Shown here piece after piece: positions 13,683 to 27,860 of a stretch of 64,000 nucleotides of DNA. The notes beneath the pieces are model-generated. The model saw only the letters and a list, made by a program, of their open reading frames with translations. It did no database searches and was not told the origin of the DNA. How positions within the stretch are numbered: position 1 is the stretch's first letter; each line of letters begins with the position of its first letter. Position numbers and translations under genes: made by a program. The stretch is taken from NCBI GenBank assembly GCA_010909165.1, contig VJWM01000239.1, positions 1 to 64,000 of the forward strand. Reading direction: 5' to 3'. The DNA is from Anthoceros angustus (lineage: Eukaryota; Plantae; Anthocerotophyta).

Positions 13683-16600
13683 TATAACAGCTAGCCCCGC
13701 AGGGCCATGAACTTGGGGGACGGACAGCACCCCATCCGAGCACTGATCTGGCCTAAGCATGCTTAACTGGGGAGTTCCATCACTCCTTGAAGGGAGGACA
13801 CCTTTATGTGCAAAGCAGGGCAATCCAATCGTTGCACGTTGGCCAAAGCACAGCACACTTGGAACTACGCAGTAGACATGTTGCTCAAACCAAGTCGGGT
13901 TTGGGCATCAGCGCAGCGCTATTAGTCACTACAAAGTTAGTGTGGACAAGAACCCGTAGTGGCGGCTCCACATGGCCACCATATCACATCCACTACGGTC
14001 ATGCCATTGTTCACACCACACTCCTCTTTGCCGCAGCCATGCAACCATCAACACGGCCTTTTCGTTCACCATGACATGTCTACCGTCGTCAAAGCTCCAA
14101 TTACGAAAGCCAAGGCTCACGTGCCACCGTAATCCATCCCGTCCGTGTTCTGTATTCATCGAATCGACTATATTCGACATAAACCTCGGATCCCATCTTT
14201 ATAAACATCATACCTCTACTCGGGCAAATTTGAAGAGGAAACGCCACAACTCCTCAAAAGTTGAGCTTGGGCACGGCTTGTGATGACCGTAGGCGTCCCA
14301 CACACTCTCATGCCTCTTTTCCCGAATGCGTTGCTTCCTAGATGCCCGCCACTGCGGAGAGCCTTACGCCACCACATCACTCCTCGAATTAATGAAGGTC
14401 CGACATCCCAAGCCAACGGATGTAGGTGCCCAAGCTCGGGATGCCTTTTGCACGGGTGGTCTGAGGACGATCTTGTGAGGGGTGCCTCACTTAGACGATC
14501 TGCTCCACACTCTCCCAGGCCACATATCAACCAACTCTTAGTAGATTGCTGGCATTCTTCCGGCTCACCCTCTTGCAGATCTGTGTTCAATCACTTAGGA
14601 TATTTCTCCGACCCAGCACTAGTCGAAGCGCCTAGCGAGCAATTGACACTGGAGCGCTCCAGATCCCAAGCGTCGAGGCGCGCCACAGCAGGCGATCGAC
14701 AGAGCGCCTACAGGTGCTAGCCGTGGAGGCCACGCTCATAGACACCAACACGCGTGTGCGCGGAGCCGCACACGTCTGTGGACGTACTTTCGCTGGCGGA
14801 CCAGCCGGGCACACACCATGTCCCACATCGTGTAGTATGTGATTCGATACCAAGGGAATATATTGTGCCGCACCGTCACCCTACTATTTTCAAACCACTT
14901 TGGGGAGTTCCCGCTCGGTTCATACCAATATTAACAAACTTGCCCCAGCCACCAGGCCACAAACTCCGACCTCGGAGGATTCACCGGACTCCAGCCTCTG
15001 GAGCTCTACTCGCGATGCTATCTCCAGTGGCGCACGGATGCCTGGGTCTGTCACTAGGCGAGGCCAGCGGCCTGGGTCCGCAGGTGAACCCGCGCGGCTA
15101 ATCGCGCGTTGTGCCATAAGAAATACCTAGAGGACAACCCGACCCGCTCAACGAATCGGACCGCTTTTCGAGTCACCCTTTGCAGTACTAACTATCTAAG
15201 GTTACAGCTTTTGGTCAGTCCGTACCCCCACCTAAATCTCCTACTGCGCACCCTCTTTCCTCATCAGGCTTCCACATATCAGATTGATATACAAAATTCA
15301 GGTTTTCTGCAAACGTCAGCGTTTTTTTGAGGCAGTCAAGGTGAATGATGCATAACAAGTTCTACCGGTGAGGTCCAGTACTACCAGACGTTTAAGGACT
15401 CGTCCACATCCTTCAACTAGCCTCCGCTAACCCGTGCCATGCCTCCTCCGTTCTTCACTCATTCTCGCGACTCCGCGGTTTGTCTAGTGAATGTCTTCAC
15501 AATCCGGTGGGGCGAGGCGCCGCAATGCCTCCACGGTTGCGTATGCACAAGCTAGGCTAGTCCGGGCCCTTCATGCCCTTAGCTTTCATGTCTTGTCACC
15601 AGCAACTGCTCCGGCCCACTTATCCTCTCCTTCCCGCTCGTGAGGAGCAGAGGTTGAGGCTCCTCGGTACCTGCAACCATCACCACGCATTAGGGCTTGT
15701 CACCAGAGCCAGGATGATCCTCTATGGGGTTGTCCGCCCACTTGGTGACTTGGGCAATATATTCACACTCCGCTCAATAGAACTCCGTGCAACAATGAGG
15801 AACCAACCCCAAACGGAAAATCACATTACAGGGATGGCAACCTCCCTCTTATACAGCTCCAAGGCTGTGCCTTTATTACAGCCCTTAGCTGGCCCTACTA
15901 ACAGCTACCTACACAAGCGGGAGGGATACCAGATCCCTCGCTCATGTCTACCTATGCCTATGGTGATTGGGCCACTGACCCCAACTGACCCCTCCGCCTG
16001 GCAGACCAATACATAATCTTGACGCCGAAGGGGCGCCAAGCCTAATTATTCTCGACCCCTGCCTTTTGGCGAGTCCCACATCAACCCAGCCTGACTGGGT
16101 CTCTCCCAGTCCTGTGTGACAACGAGGTCACCAGTGTCCTCCTCTGCCTCTGCTGACAGCAGCACCGGGTTCTGGGAATTCTCGCCTTGTCTTCTGGCAG
16201 GCCCCCCATCCTCTGGTCTTGGCGGAGGGAGGTCCGGAGCTACCCCGCTGTCTTGGGTCTGTCGAGCAGGTCCTCGGGCTCCGTTTGGTCTATCCCCAGC
16301 TCCGGTGATCGGACTTCCCCCGTCCCTGAAGTTCAGTCCACTCTTCGCTCCGGCTCCCCACTCCCCACCGGACTGCCTTCACTGGGCGCCCGTCGACCCA
16401 TTACAGTGCAGGAGCCTGACTCGTTGTCTCGGGCGGCGATCGGTGCATCCTGCCTCCGCCCTCCTCCTCCGAGGGCTCGGCCTCCCCGCTGCTCCCATCT
16501 CTGAACAGGGCATCGAGGTTCCCTGGGGCCGCAGCCTCTTGTTGCTCCTGTTCTCTTGTCGGCTCCTCCAACTCCTCCCGCGTGTCCGACGCCTCTGCCG

Positions 16601-16860
16601 GGTAGTGTACCACGCTCACCGCCTTTAGCAAATCCGCGTGGTTGTACACCGAAGTTGGAGTCCACCTGCTGGATGGCCTCCTCCACATGTGCCCTCAGCA
16701 CGCGGTACTCACGCCTCCATTGGAATTCTAGCAGGCGCGCATGCTCCCGACCTTTAGCGTCGCTTCACCACCCAACTCCTCCAGCCTTGCCCGTGGTGCA
16801 TCCCGGGAGGCGCTTAGGGACACCTAGGCGTGGTACTGCTCGAGGTCATATGCGCACGCG
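13683..16860 (-). mobile_element. Decayed Gypsy-like LTR retrotransposon (RNase H/integrase remnants plus putative 3' LTR ~13683-14020)
   Basis: Minus-strand remnants GRWPRLVTDP (RNase H TDH-like), PWYRI...RRSVDRLL, RWDPRFMS (SDRDPRFTS-like integrase) in RH-INT order; purine tract AAAGAGGAG near 14030; LTR-like end ...GCTGTTATA; 5' extent uncertain. Confidence 0.55.
13706..13777 (-). other. 5S rRNA-derived segment (internal Pol III control region), not a full 5S gene
   Basis: Minus strand GAACTCCCCAGTTAAGCATGCTTAGGCCAGATCAGTGCTCGGATGGG matches the plant 5S A-box/IE/C-box region (about 39/47 nt against the consensus as I recall it); the 5S 5' end is absent. Confidence 0.85.
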
Positions 16861-17519
16861 GTGACATGACATCATCATCATTTCGTCGATCTTTGTGGTC
16901 TTTTATCATCTTCCTCACTATGGGATGGTATTGCTTGAAGTCAGGTGCGCACACTGTGACTCGCAAGAACCAAGTAGCATGCAATTTTCGAGCTCAACGT
17001 GGCCTCAATCTTGTAACCAAGTAGCAAGAAATTTTTGAGCTCAACGTGGCCTCAGTCTTTTCATCTTTATCTTAACGTGACACCTAGACCGTATCAACAA
17101 GAACACTCTTGATTCTCTGTGTTGTATCGTTGTTATAGGTTTTCCATTCCCTCTTGGAAGCAAAATATACATTCATCGTACAATTAAAACAAATTATGCA
17201 TGCTCTTATACATGTCTCAACATATTATGTCATTCATCCAAATTATGCATGCTTTTGTACATGTCTCAACATATCATGTCATTTGTTGTACAATTAAAAC
17301 AAATTAACCATGCTCTTACACATGTCTCAACATATCATGTCTCAACACATCATTTCGATTGTGCTGCATATGGAGCAATCCACTATCCCTCTATTGTAGC
17401 GTCCAAGTGAGGTTCCAAACAGTAACTATGTCTACCATCATCAATCTAGCTATCACAAAGTAACTTAGAGTAATATCACCCGGATGCATACATCCCGGAT
17501 TCCTATATTTTGAATTCCT

Positions 17520-20000
17520 ACATCTGATTGAGCATCGCATACAGAGCATGGAGGAGGTGAGATGGGCTGTCGAGAAGACCTTTGCAGCTGAGGCAGCTAG
17601 CGCTATTTCCCTCTTCCTTTTCTCTGCTGGGGGGAGCCCACTGCCAAGGACAATCAAGGTGTTAGGTTCTGGAAACGTAGTACTGAAAGAGGGGAAGCAA
17701 GTGAAGTACGAGAGGATCGTCAGAACACACCTCATCATGGGCTCGGTTGCAAATTCTAAAACGTGACGACAATTTATCTGGAGATCAGTGACTTGTTTCA
17801 GAGAGCTTTCCTGTAGAAAGCCAAAAAAGGCAGCCAGTGAAGGGAATGTACGACGTAGGAGGTGTCCATACACAACGCAAGTGGGAAAGGTTGAACTCAC
17901 AAGCTTGCCACCCTCCATACTGAGCATGCCATCCATGCTCATGAATAATTTCTTCCATCCGCTCATGTGGAGCCCTTGCAATTCTTGTTTGTCGCTCCTA
18001 CCCCCTTTGTGGAGTTTAGAAAGGGATGCACCCGGAGCCCCTGTCAAGATATCTAGTTCTCCAGAGCACAGCACGTTTCGAAATCTCCGTCTGCTGCGTC
18101 TGACAGCTGCAAGTGACAGCGTGATTTAGCACAGTGGGTCTTTTTCACTATCCGACATGTGAAAACACAGGTAGCACACGACTGATCTACTATCTTACCT
18201 GCAATACGACCCTTCATGTCCATAACCAGAAGCTCCAGCCATCGACATGCCGCAGAAGCCCACTGAAGGTAAACCCCAGCAAAAGTGCGTTAGCAACGGT
18301 TACTAGAGCCCAGTTCAAACGCATGAGCAATGGGAAGAGGCACACCTCCAGTACACAGATTCGGACCCATTGAGAAAAGGTCTTTAGCCTCTGAAGCAGC
18401 ACAGTCGGTTTTGGTACTTACGTCGACTCCCGCATTTCCTCCTACTCTCACGTCTGCACTCCACACCTGCGAATACAGGGTTACATCTGAAGTTTGATGG
18501 CACTGCAGGTTGCTGTCCTGCATGATTCGGTCACAACCACCGCTGCCATCGAGTCCAGCCCGGACAGCTGCACCATTTGCAACATCTGTGCATCCAGAAG
18601 CTATGATATCTACGCCTGCCTGTTGGCTTTCTACGTTTCTTCCCGATCTGTTTGCTCCAACAGTCACTGGCAATCTCTGTCTTTGTTCTCGTTTCTCAGC
18701 TTCTTCTTCGGATTTAGCTTCCGCTTGCTTTGTCTCCTCTGTTTCTCGCTTCTGTGTCTAGAGTCCGTTATTGCGGAACTGAACGCGTGTTGCTCTGTCG
18801 GTTGTGCAGGAAAGGGACTTAACCTCCGAGACCACCCAGCGAATCCGCCCGTGTCTTGAACACTCTGGTTTTCCTGCCTGTCGGGGGCAGCGGCTGCGAG
18901 ATGGTCAGCAAACTGGACTGCCAGGTAAGGTTTGGGTTCACCCGCACTCGGAGAGTGGAATGGCCTGACGACTCCGACCTCGAATAGGCGGAGCTGGATA
19001 CAATGTGCTGGTTGATGATCCTGGAATACTGGTCTGCGCTCGGTGAAGCACCTGTCTGGCTGCCTGGCGTTCCCATCCTAGAAGGCGACAGCTTCTGAGC
19101 ATGGGAGACTGCGGGGACGGGTCCCTTGCACACAGCCTCTACTCCGGTCGCCTTGGGCTTAACGTCATGGATGATACCGGTGCCACTTCCGTTGCTCTGC
19201 AGCAGGACAGTTGGCTGGGAACTACGTCTCAGCTCCTCTTTCTTCAAATGCATGCTTGCACAGGAAAGTTGGTGCCTGATATGTCGCAATGAAGTAGGCC
19301 CCACTTTCACCTCCGCATCCACTGGCAGAGCGTCCGGTCTCAAGATTGTAACACCTCCTTCTCCTTCACACTTCTCACCTACTTCATGTTGTTTTCTTGC
19401 TGAACCTTCCACATCGGAAGCATTGCAGGGCTTCTTAAATCCTCTCTCACTCCTCAGACTCGCTTGTTTCGTGTCCAGAAGGACCACCGGCCTGGAACTG
19501 TCCTGCGAGCTTTGCGCCAGACCGTCTGAACAGCCAGCCTCCGACCCGGTGCACGCAGTTTGGAATCCCAAGACCTAGATGGGAACTGTCTGCACGTCCC
19601 TATCATCACTCCCCGCCGAACTGCTCTCGCAAGCAAGCTTAAACAGACCTCTAACAACTTCGATGGCATCTACACCTCCCCCCCACCATTCTCCGTACCA
19701 CTACCCCTCCCATAGGCCTGGGCATCCAGCTTCCTCGCAGACCACAATCTGAAAGGCAGTCCCGAATACATCACTTCACTAACTGCCTTCACGGACCCTG
19801 GCACACGCACGTTACACATCCAGACCTTTGACAACATTCATCCAATAAAAGATCCGTTCGTTCCCCAGTCTCGAACTACCATACCTTCCGGACTCGCAGT
19901 ATTCTCTTTGTGCCCCTGAAAGCCGGGAAACCCAGAGGATTCAGCCTGGAAGCGCCGTTCTCCTTGTTATCATCAAGGAAACACGTTCGCCCTTTCCCTT
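17520..20000 (-). pseudogene. Truncated duplicate of the UCP030365-like gene
   Basis: Highly similar to 22437-25282; lacks exon 1, has a ~0.4-kb internal deletion near 18760, a CAG>TAG stop near 19575, and has lost the ancestral stop codon. Confidence 0.85.
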
Positions 20001-20258
20001 AGTGGCTGGAAACCTAGTGCAACGAAAGGTAAGTCATCTCGTACCTGTCTTCCCACTCGAGAGCAGAACCAGGTGAATATTTCATCTCCTTAATTTTCAT
20101 ATATATATGTTCTTTCCACCTATGCCCGAGCCCTTTGGACCTCTGACCCAGACACACATACGGCTCAGTACCTATGTACCACTCTTCCGCTAGCGAAATT
20201 TTAGAGTAGGGCTGGAACGTATAAAGCTACCTGTTGATCGACTCCGACTGCGTTCGAG

Positions 20259-22054
20259 ATGCCTCGCTACGCTCAAATTGTGATTGGTCCCGCTGGGAGT
20301 GGCAAGGTGGAAATAAAAATCTTACCTAGTCCGCCTGCGTGAAGCTCTTGTGGGAAAGCTTTCTGCTAATAGCCACCTCTTCTGTCCCGCTAGCTCTGAG
20401 AATTTTACGTTTGCATCTTGTGCAGTCCACTTACTGCAAGCAGGTACATGAGCACTGCCAGAGTCTTGGGCGCATGGTACATGTTGTGAATCTGGATCCA
20501 GCTGCCGAGCACTTTGAGTATCCGGTGTCCATAGGTGCATGTTGGATTTTTTTTGAAGTTGAGTCAGCAGCAGTGGAGAACATGAGAGAGACAACAGCAT
20601 GCAAGGGGGCTACAATCTGATGTTTTGTTCATATTTTTCCAGATATTCGAGAGCTGATCTCTCTCGAGGATGTTATGGAGGAGCTTGAACTTGGGCCTAA
20701 TGGGGGCCTCATTTACTGCATGGAGTATCCTTGGGGTTTTGGGGAGTTTTGCAATTTATTGCCTAGCTTTTATGCTTTGTATGGCACCAGAGTCTTTTGT
20801 ATTAGAAGGTTGCCGGACCTGCACATTGCAAGTTATGAGAGGCCCTTAACATTCCGAGATACCTGGAGGAGCACATGGATGAGTGGCTAGCTGAGCAGCT
20901 GGAGGATTACGTTGATGATGACTACCTGATATTTGATTGTCCTGGTAATGGGACTTCAGATTGTTCCCTCCTATGACCAGCTGTTTAGTACATACTTCAT
21001 GTCATGGCGGGGTCAATTGTATTTTGGTTGACCTGTAAAGCATATGCCTCTTTTTCAGAATTTTTGTCACTTTTCTGTCGCAGGTCAGATCGAACTGTAT
21101 TCGCACATCCCTGTACTGCGGTCGTTTGTCGACCAACTTAAAGTATGGGACTTCCAAGTATGCGCTGTGTACATGCTTGATTCCCAGGTAGACGAGCTGT
21201 ACACCTGGACGGCTGTTTTAGACAAAGTTCTGGAGTTTGGAGGAAGAACCGCTTTGGCTTTTCATGATATTGTCGCATGTTTTCAATCCGTTTGTCAGCC
21301 TCGTTATGAACTTGGGTAACAGGGGTTTTATCCTCAGTTTATGGCAGATGTCACAAAGTACATCAGTGGTTGCATGGCATCACTTTCGGCCATGATTCAG
21401 TTGGAGCTTCCTCATATCAATGTGCTGTCGAAGATGGACATCTGTCCAGTCCCTGTCCGCAAGGAGGTTGAAAAGTGAGTTTCTGAGGCCAACATTTGAA
21501 TGTCATATGAGAAACTATTTGCAGAGGGAGGATCACATGTGTGCGGCTGTGCCACCACAACAGGTTTCTGGATCCAGATGCACGCCTGCTGTTGTCTGAC
21601 TTAAATAAGCAGATGGCTCCTCGTTTCGCAAAGCTCAACAAGGCATTCGCTGAACTTGTAAGAAAAATTCGTGTTTTGCTTTATGTGCTAGCGCAAACAC
21701 TTCTGCTTTCTGGTGTTGGGAGTATTCCCCGTTGGTCTCTCACCGGTGCTGCTGTGCAGTTGGATGACTACAGCATGGTCAGCTTTTTGCCTCTCGACAT
21801 TCGAAAGGAGGACAGGTGTGTGTAGCCCTGCTTTAGTTAAGTGGTACCTCTGACATTCAGCGATTGAGATGAGTCTAACTGTGTCCAAGATATTAGTTTT
21901 AAAGGCTGTATTTTGACTCTGCAGCATTCAGTACATTCTGTCTCACGCAGACAATGCAATCCAATTCGGTGAGGATGCCGAAGTTAAAATCAAGGATCAT
22001 GACCCTGACTTCAGTGCCCCAGAGGATTCAGAAGATGCTGAGTTTTCTTTCTAA
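20259..22054 (+). CDS. GPN3: GPN-loop GTPase 3 (multi-exon, ~9 exons)
   Basis: Spliced exons give [67 protein letters not shown]; GT-AG introns. Confidence 0.93.
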
Positions 22055-22446
22055 CAGCTATCAGCGTACTGCTTTCATCGTTATCCTTCAAGCCAGCCTA
22101 TTTGGTGCTGCTAGTTAACGATGGATTTTCAAGGTCAACATAAGTTAGATGTTGGTTAGCAACGTAGCGAATGCATCCGGTCTTGCAAAAAACTCCTAGA
22201 ACTGACGAAGGCGTGCGTTCATGTGCTGACTGTAGCATGTATGTGATAAACAAAATGTTCACATGATGGCTGCATTCTGTATCATTCTTGGCTCCGCATC
22301 ACAGCAGCCTCGCATTAAATCCCGGGAACCCGCCAGCTTTAGGTGAATTCAACGTCCAGAAGATAAAATGAATGAATAATTGACAGGGTGAATGGGTTTT
22401 CTTGACAACAGCATATGCCATGCTCTCCATCCGTGCCGATTGAGCA

Positions 22447-25400
22447 TCACATACAGAGCATGGCGGAGGTGAGATTGGCAGTCGAGAAGACGTTAGCAGC
22501 TGAGGCAGCTAGCGCTATTTCCCTCTTCCTTTTCTCTGCTGGGGGGAGCCCACTGCCAAGGACAATCAAGGTGTCAGGTTCTGGAAACGTAGTACTGAAA
22601 GAGGGAAAGCAAGTGAAGTACGAGAGGATCGTCAGAACATACCTCACAATGGGCTCGGTTGCAAATTCTAAAGCGTGACGACAATTTATATGGAGGTCAG
22701 TGACCTGTTTCAGAGAGCTTTCCTGTAGATAGCAAAAAAAGGCAGTCAGTGAGGGGAATGTACGACGTAGGCGGTGTCCAAACACAACGCAAGTGGGAAA
22801 GGTTGAACTCACAAGCTTGCCACCCTCCATACTGAGCATGCCATCCATGCTCATGAATAATTTCTTCCATCCGCTCATGTGGAGCCCTTGCAATTCATGT
22901 TTGTCGCTGCTACCTCCTTTGTGGGGTTTAGAAAGGTATGCACCCGGAGCCCCTGTCAAGATATCTAGTTCTCCAGAGCACAGCACGTTTCTAAATCTCC
23001 GTCTGCTACGTTTGAGAGCTGCAAGTCACAGCGTAATTTAGCACAGTGGGTCTTCTTCGCTATCCTACATGTGAAAACACAGGCAGCACAGGACTTATCT
23101 GCTATCTTACCTGCAATACGACCCTTCATGTCCATAACCAGAAGCTCCAGCCATCGACATGCCGCAGAAGCCACTGAAGTTAAACCCAAGCAAAAGTTCG
23201 TTAGCAACGGTTACTAGAGCCCAGCTCAAACGCATGAGCAAGGGGAAGAGACACACCTCCAGTACACAGATTCGGATCCATTGAGAAAAGGTCCTCAGCC
23301 TCTGAAGCATCACAGTCGGTTTTGGTACCTACGTCGACTCCCGCATTTCCTCCTACTCTCACGTGTCCACTCCACATCTGCGAATACACGGTTGCATCTG
23401 ACGTTTGATGGCACTGCAGGTTGCTGTCCTGCATGATTCGGTCACAACCACCGCTGCCATCGAGTCCAGCCCGGACATCTGCACCATTTGCAACATCTGT
23501 GCATCCAGAAGCTATGATATCTACGGCTGCCTGTTGGCTTTCTACGTTTCTTCCCGATCTGTTTGCTCCTTCAGTCACTGGCAATCTCTGTCTTTGTTCT
23601 CGTTTCTCAGCTTCTTCTTCGGATTTAGCTTTCGCTTGATTTCTCTCCTCTGTTTCTCTCTTTAGCCGCCGCTGCTCAGCAAGTGCCTCCATAGCTTCCG
23701 GTCCCACCACTGCTCCAAGTATCGCTTGCACCTGCTTGGAGTCCCGGATTCGGCTGATAATTCCGGGCTTAAACTCGCCAAGCAGCCCACTGGGCTCTGC
23801 TACTTCAATCATCTTCCTGGTGCTCTCCCTTCTCACGTCCCTTGCGGCATCCACCAGAGCTGACCGCGATTTGCTGCAGGAAGTCTTCCTGGGTCTTCCG
23901 CCAGCCCTTTGCCGGGAGGGCGGAGGAAGATAATTCGGAGCAAACCTGCTCTGCTGCGGCAAGAACTTGAGATTCATGGAGGCGAACCCGGTATTGCCCG
24001 GTGCAGAATGCGACTTCTGGTTCTGGCTGGGGACCTGGTTCACTTTCTCGTCCCCCACATTGTCCAGATTCCGTTGCGGAACTGAACGCGTGTTGCTCTG
24101 TCGGTTGTGCAGGAAAGGGACTTCACCTCCGAGACCACCCAGCGAATCCGCCCGTGTCTTGAACACTCTGGTTTTCCTGCCTGTCGGGGGCAGCGGCTGC
24201 GAGCTGCTCATCAAACTGGACTGCCGGGTAAGGTTTGGATTCACCCGCACTCGGAGTGTGGAATGGCCTGACGACTCCGACCTCGAATTGGCGGAGCTGG
24301 ATACAATGTGCTGGTTGATGATCCTGGAATACTGGTCGGCGCTCGGTGAAGCACCTGTCTGGCTGCCTGGCGTTCCCATCCTAGAAGGCAACAGCTTCTG
24401 AGCATGGGAGAATGCGGGGACGGGTCCCTTGCACACAGCCTCCACTCCGGTCGCCTTGGGCTTGACCTCATGGATGATACCGGTGCCACTTCCGTTGCTC
24501 TGCAGCAGGACAGTTGGCTGGGAACTACTTCTCAGCTCCTCTTTCTTCAAATGCATGCTTGCACAGGAAAGTTGGTGCCTGATCTGTCGCAGTGAAGTAG
24601 GCCCCATTTTCACCCCCGCATCCACTGGCAGAGCGTCCGGTCTCAAGATTGTAACACCTCCGTCACCCTTCTCACCTACTTCATGTTGTTTTCTTGCTGA
24701 ACCTTCCACATCGGAAGCATTGCAGGGCTTCTTAAATCCTCTCTCACTCCTCAGAGCCACTTGTTTCGTGTCCAGAAGGACCACCGGCCTGGAACTGTCC
24801 TGCGAGCTTTGCGCCAGACCGTCTGAACAGCCAGCCTCCGACCCGGTGCACGCGGTTTGGAATCCCAAGACCTGGATGGGAACTGTCTGCACGTCCCTAT
24901 CATCACTCCCCGCCGAACTGCTCTCGCAAGCAAGCTTAAACAGACCTCTAACAGCTTCGATGGCATCTACACCTCCCGTTCCACCATTCTCCGTACCACT
25001 ACCCCTCCCATAGGCCTGAGCATCCAGCTTCCTCGCAGACCACAATCTGGAAGGCAGTCCCGAATACTTCACTTCACTAACTGCCTTGATCACGGACCCT
25101 GGCACACGCACGTTACACATTCAGACCTCTGACAACATTCATCCAAAAAAAGATCCGTTCGTCCCCCAATCTCGAACTACCATACCTTCCGGACTCGCAG
25201 TCTTCCTCTTTGTGCCCCTGAAAGGCCGGAAACCCGGAGGATTCAGCCTGGGAGCGCCGTTCTCCTTGTTATCATCAAGCAAACACATTCTCGCCCTTTC
25301 CCTCGCCCTCTCAGTGATTTTAGCAGCCGCCAAGGCCTGGCCACCACAACCTCATCAGAACAAACCATTCCAACAAACTCCTCGCAGATCCACTCCTCCG

Positions 25401-25694
25401 CAAGCACGCAACTGTTACAGCAAAACAGACGCAGGCAACACTCACAGTAGTCGGAGACAGCGCCTTCTTGTGGTCCATCAGTCCCAGATCCAGGCCTCTC
25501 TGCTGCTGCACCACACTCTGGTTAACATCCAGACTGGACAGCGGCTTCATCCGGCCACCATGGACTCCATCATCATCCTCACACTCCGCACGCCTCCCCA
25601 GCCCGCTATTCCCCGCTCCCACTCGCATCCCGAGTTCGGGTGACGAGATCTCCGACTTCCTCTTCCTCTTTCCGTCCTTCCTCACCCCCGCCAT
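22447..25694 (-). CDS. Uncharacterised conserved plant protein, UCP030365-like (multi-exon)
   Basis: Long exon ORF 23201-25120 plus exons with PGIISRIRDSKQVQAIL, WLELLVMDMKGRIAALKRSRRR, WKKLFMSMD, LKQVTDLHINC, AASAANVFST, which resemble my recollection of the UCP030365 family. Confidence 0.72.
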
Positions 25695-27660
25695 CCTCCC
25701 TCCCGCTTAGAAGCTCTTCAAAACGCACGAACCCGGCCAAACAGAGTCCCCTTTCGGCCACCTGATCTCATCTCCATCCACCCGGCCGCAGCACGGCAAT
25801 GCGGGCACACCGAGCGTGAATTCCTGACCGCTCTTCCCACCAAGAAGCCGCCCCAGGCGTCCACCGGCCAATGCACGTCGCAGCTGGCTCGGCAAGAGAT
25901 CCTCAATTTTCACGTCCAAGAAAGGCGCACCAGGACGAGGAGAGGGCGCCCGGTCCAGCATCCACACGCGAAGAGCGTCGGGAGGGCAGGAAGGCGAGCG
26001 GGTGGCAGGATGCAGGCGCGCGCAACCAAAATGTGGAGGGCAGGACAAACGCTGAGTGCGTGGGCGGGCTCGACATCTCGACAAGGAATTTGGCTGTGCT
26101 GCTCGAGTTTTTGAATCCGAAAAGCGAGGCAGTCTGGAGAGGCTGCAGCCGCACCAACCGCAGGTCACATACACAGTGCTCCTACTCACGGCCTCGCCGT
26201 ACCGTGACACGCCTTGTGACTCGCCACTCACTGTCTCGGTTACGGGAAAGGAAAGGCTGGCCCCATTTCGAATTTGAATGCCGCAACGGCTCTGCCCAGC
26301 TTTTAAATTTTACACTTTCGCTCCTCCGCCTTCCCTTTGTGTAGTGTAATACTCGTGTGATCGTTTATATGAGCTCAAAGTTTGGTGAACACTCCGCAAC
26401 GGAGAAAACGGAGAAGGGGGAAGACGCACTCTATCCTCCGTTAATCGTGGTCTCTTTGTTTTTTCCGGGTTTCAGGTCATAATATTTATAATTTTTAATA
26501 AAAATACTGGGAGTAGAGTAGATAATTTCTCCTATAATAGAATCTTAAACTGAATTGGTGTCATATAGCTTTCGTTCGAAAAATGTCAAAAAGACACTCA
26601 AAACTCCTTTTGAGTAGCATTGTCCTTGGGAGACGGGAGGATTTGATAAATTGGTAAGTGGTGGTTATGATAAGTGGTATTATATTTTCATATTTAATAT
26701 TAAATAAAATTCTACATCTTATATTCTAAATTATAATATTTAAATAAATGTAGAATTTAAATGAAACACTAAAATATGACTTGTTATTTTTCAGATCATG
26801 GTGGTGGTCACTAGAGTATAATACATGTTGTGTCGTGCCTTCGACACACAACGTCGCAAAACACAATTCGTGCATGCGTTCATACACACGCCCACTGGTA
26901 GTTGCAATTGAAACCACACTTGCAACCCTCCCCTCCCGTCCTACCCTCCCCCATGCTTATCGCTTTCCTACAACTGCGAATTGTATTACTTTGACTTGTC
27001 AACACGAGCTAGCAGTAATGTCAACACGAGCTAACAGTTACTTTTATGTTGTTTCATGGAATGATGTCTGAAGAGTCGGAATAAACTCCTAATGTTTTGT
27101 GAGATACTATGTGAGAAACAATAGGTCACTTGCAAAGCCTCTAGAGATGGTTTATGGATGTAGAGAAAATTAGCCAAGATATTTGTGCAGAAATGAAAGG
27201 TGTTGGCAATGGATACAAAAAATTAGAAATGATAGAATATGTTATAATAATATAATATTTTTATTATAAAAATATATTTTGGCTCAAAAAAATATATGCT
27301 GTAAAATGTATATAAATCAAGATAAGTGACTTGTTGTAAAATGTATAGTAAACAAGACAAGTAACCTATCCACAAACTACAAACATTGCAACTTGCTAAA
27401 GAAAGTCAGATTGTAATGTTGAATTGTATAGATCACTAAACCATAGGTACAAACAGCTTGGGCAAGTTGTTGTTAAACTAAGCCGTTATAAAATATTTTA
27501 CCATGTATATTAAATAATGACCTTAGTAACTCCATCAAATTGGATAAAAACTCTACACCTCAGCATCCTTAGAAACAAAAAGAATGCAACAAGAAAATAC
27601 CTATACAAGACACGTTGAGGAAGAGAGTACATATCCTTAACTAGGGTACGCTTTTAACGA

Positions 27661-27860
27661 TATTTTTCCTGCTAGGAGCTTCTTCAACTTGCTTCTCCCT
27701 ATATTTTTCCTGCTAGGAGCTTCTTCAACTTGCTTCTCCCTATATTTTTCCTCCTAGGCGCTTCTTCAACTTGCTTCTCCCTATATTTTTCCTGCTAGGA
27801 GCTTCTTCAACTTGCTTCTCCCTATATTTTTCCTCCCAGGCGGTTCTTCAACTTGCTTCC
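27661..27860. repeat. Minisatellite, ~41-bp unit, ~5 copies
   Basis: TATTTTTCCTGCTAGGAGCTTCTTCAACTTGCTTCTCCCTA repeated in tandem. Confidence 0.9.

Noticed and set aside
13706-13777. Functional 5S rRNA gene
   Set aside because: Only the internal segment matches; the 5' end, terminal helix and oligo-T terminator are absent
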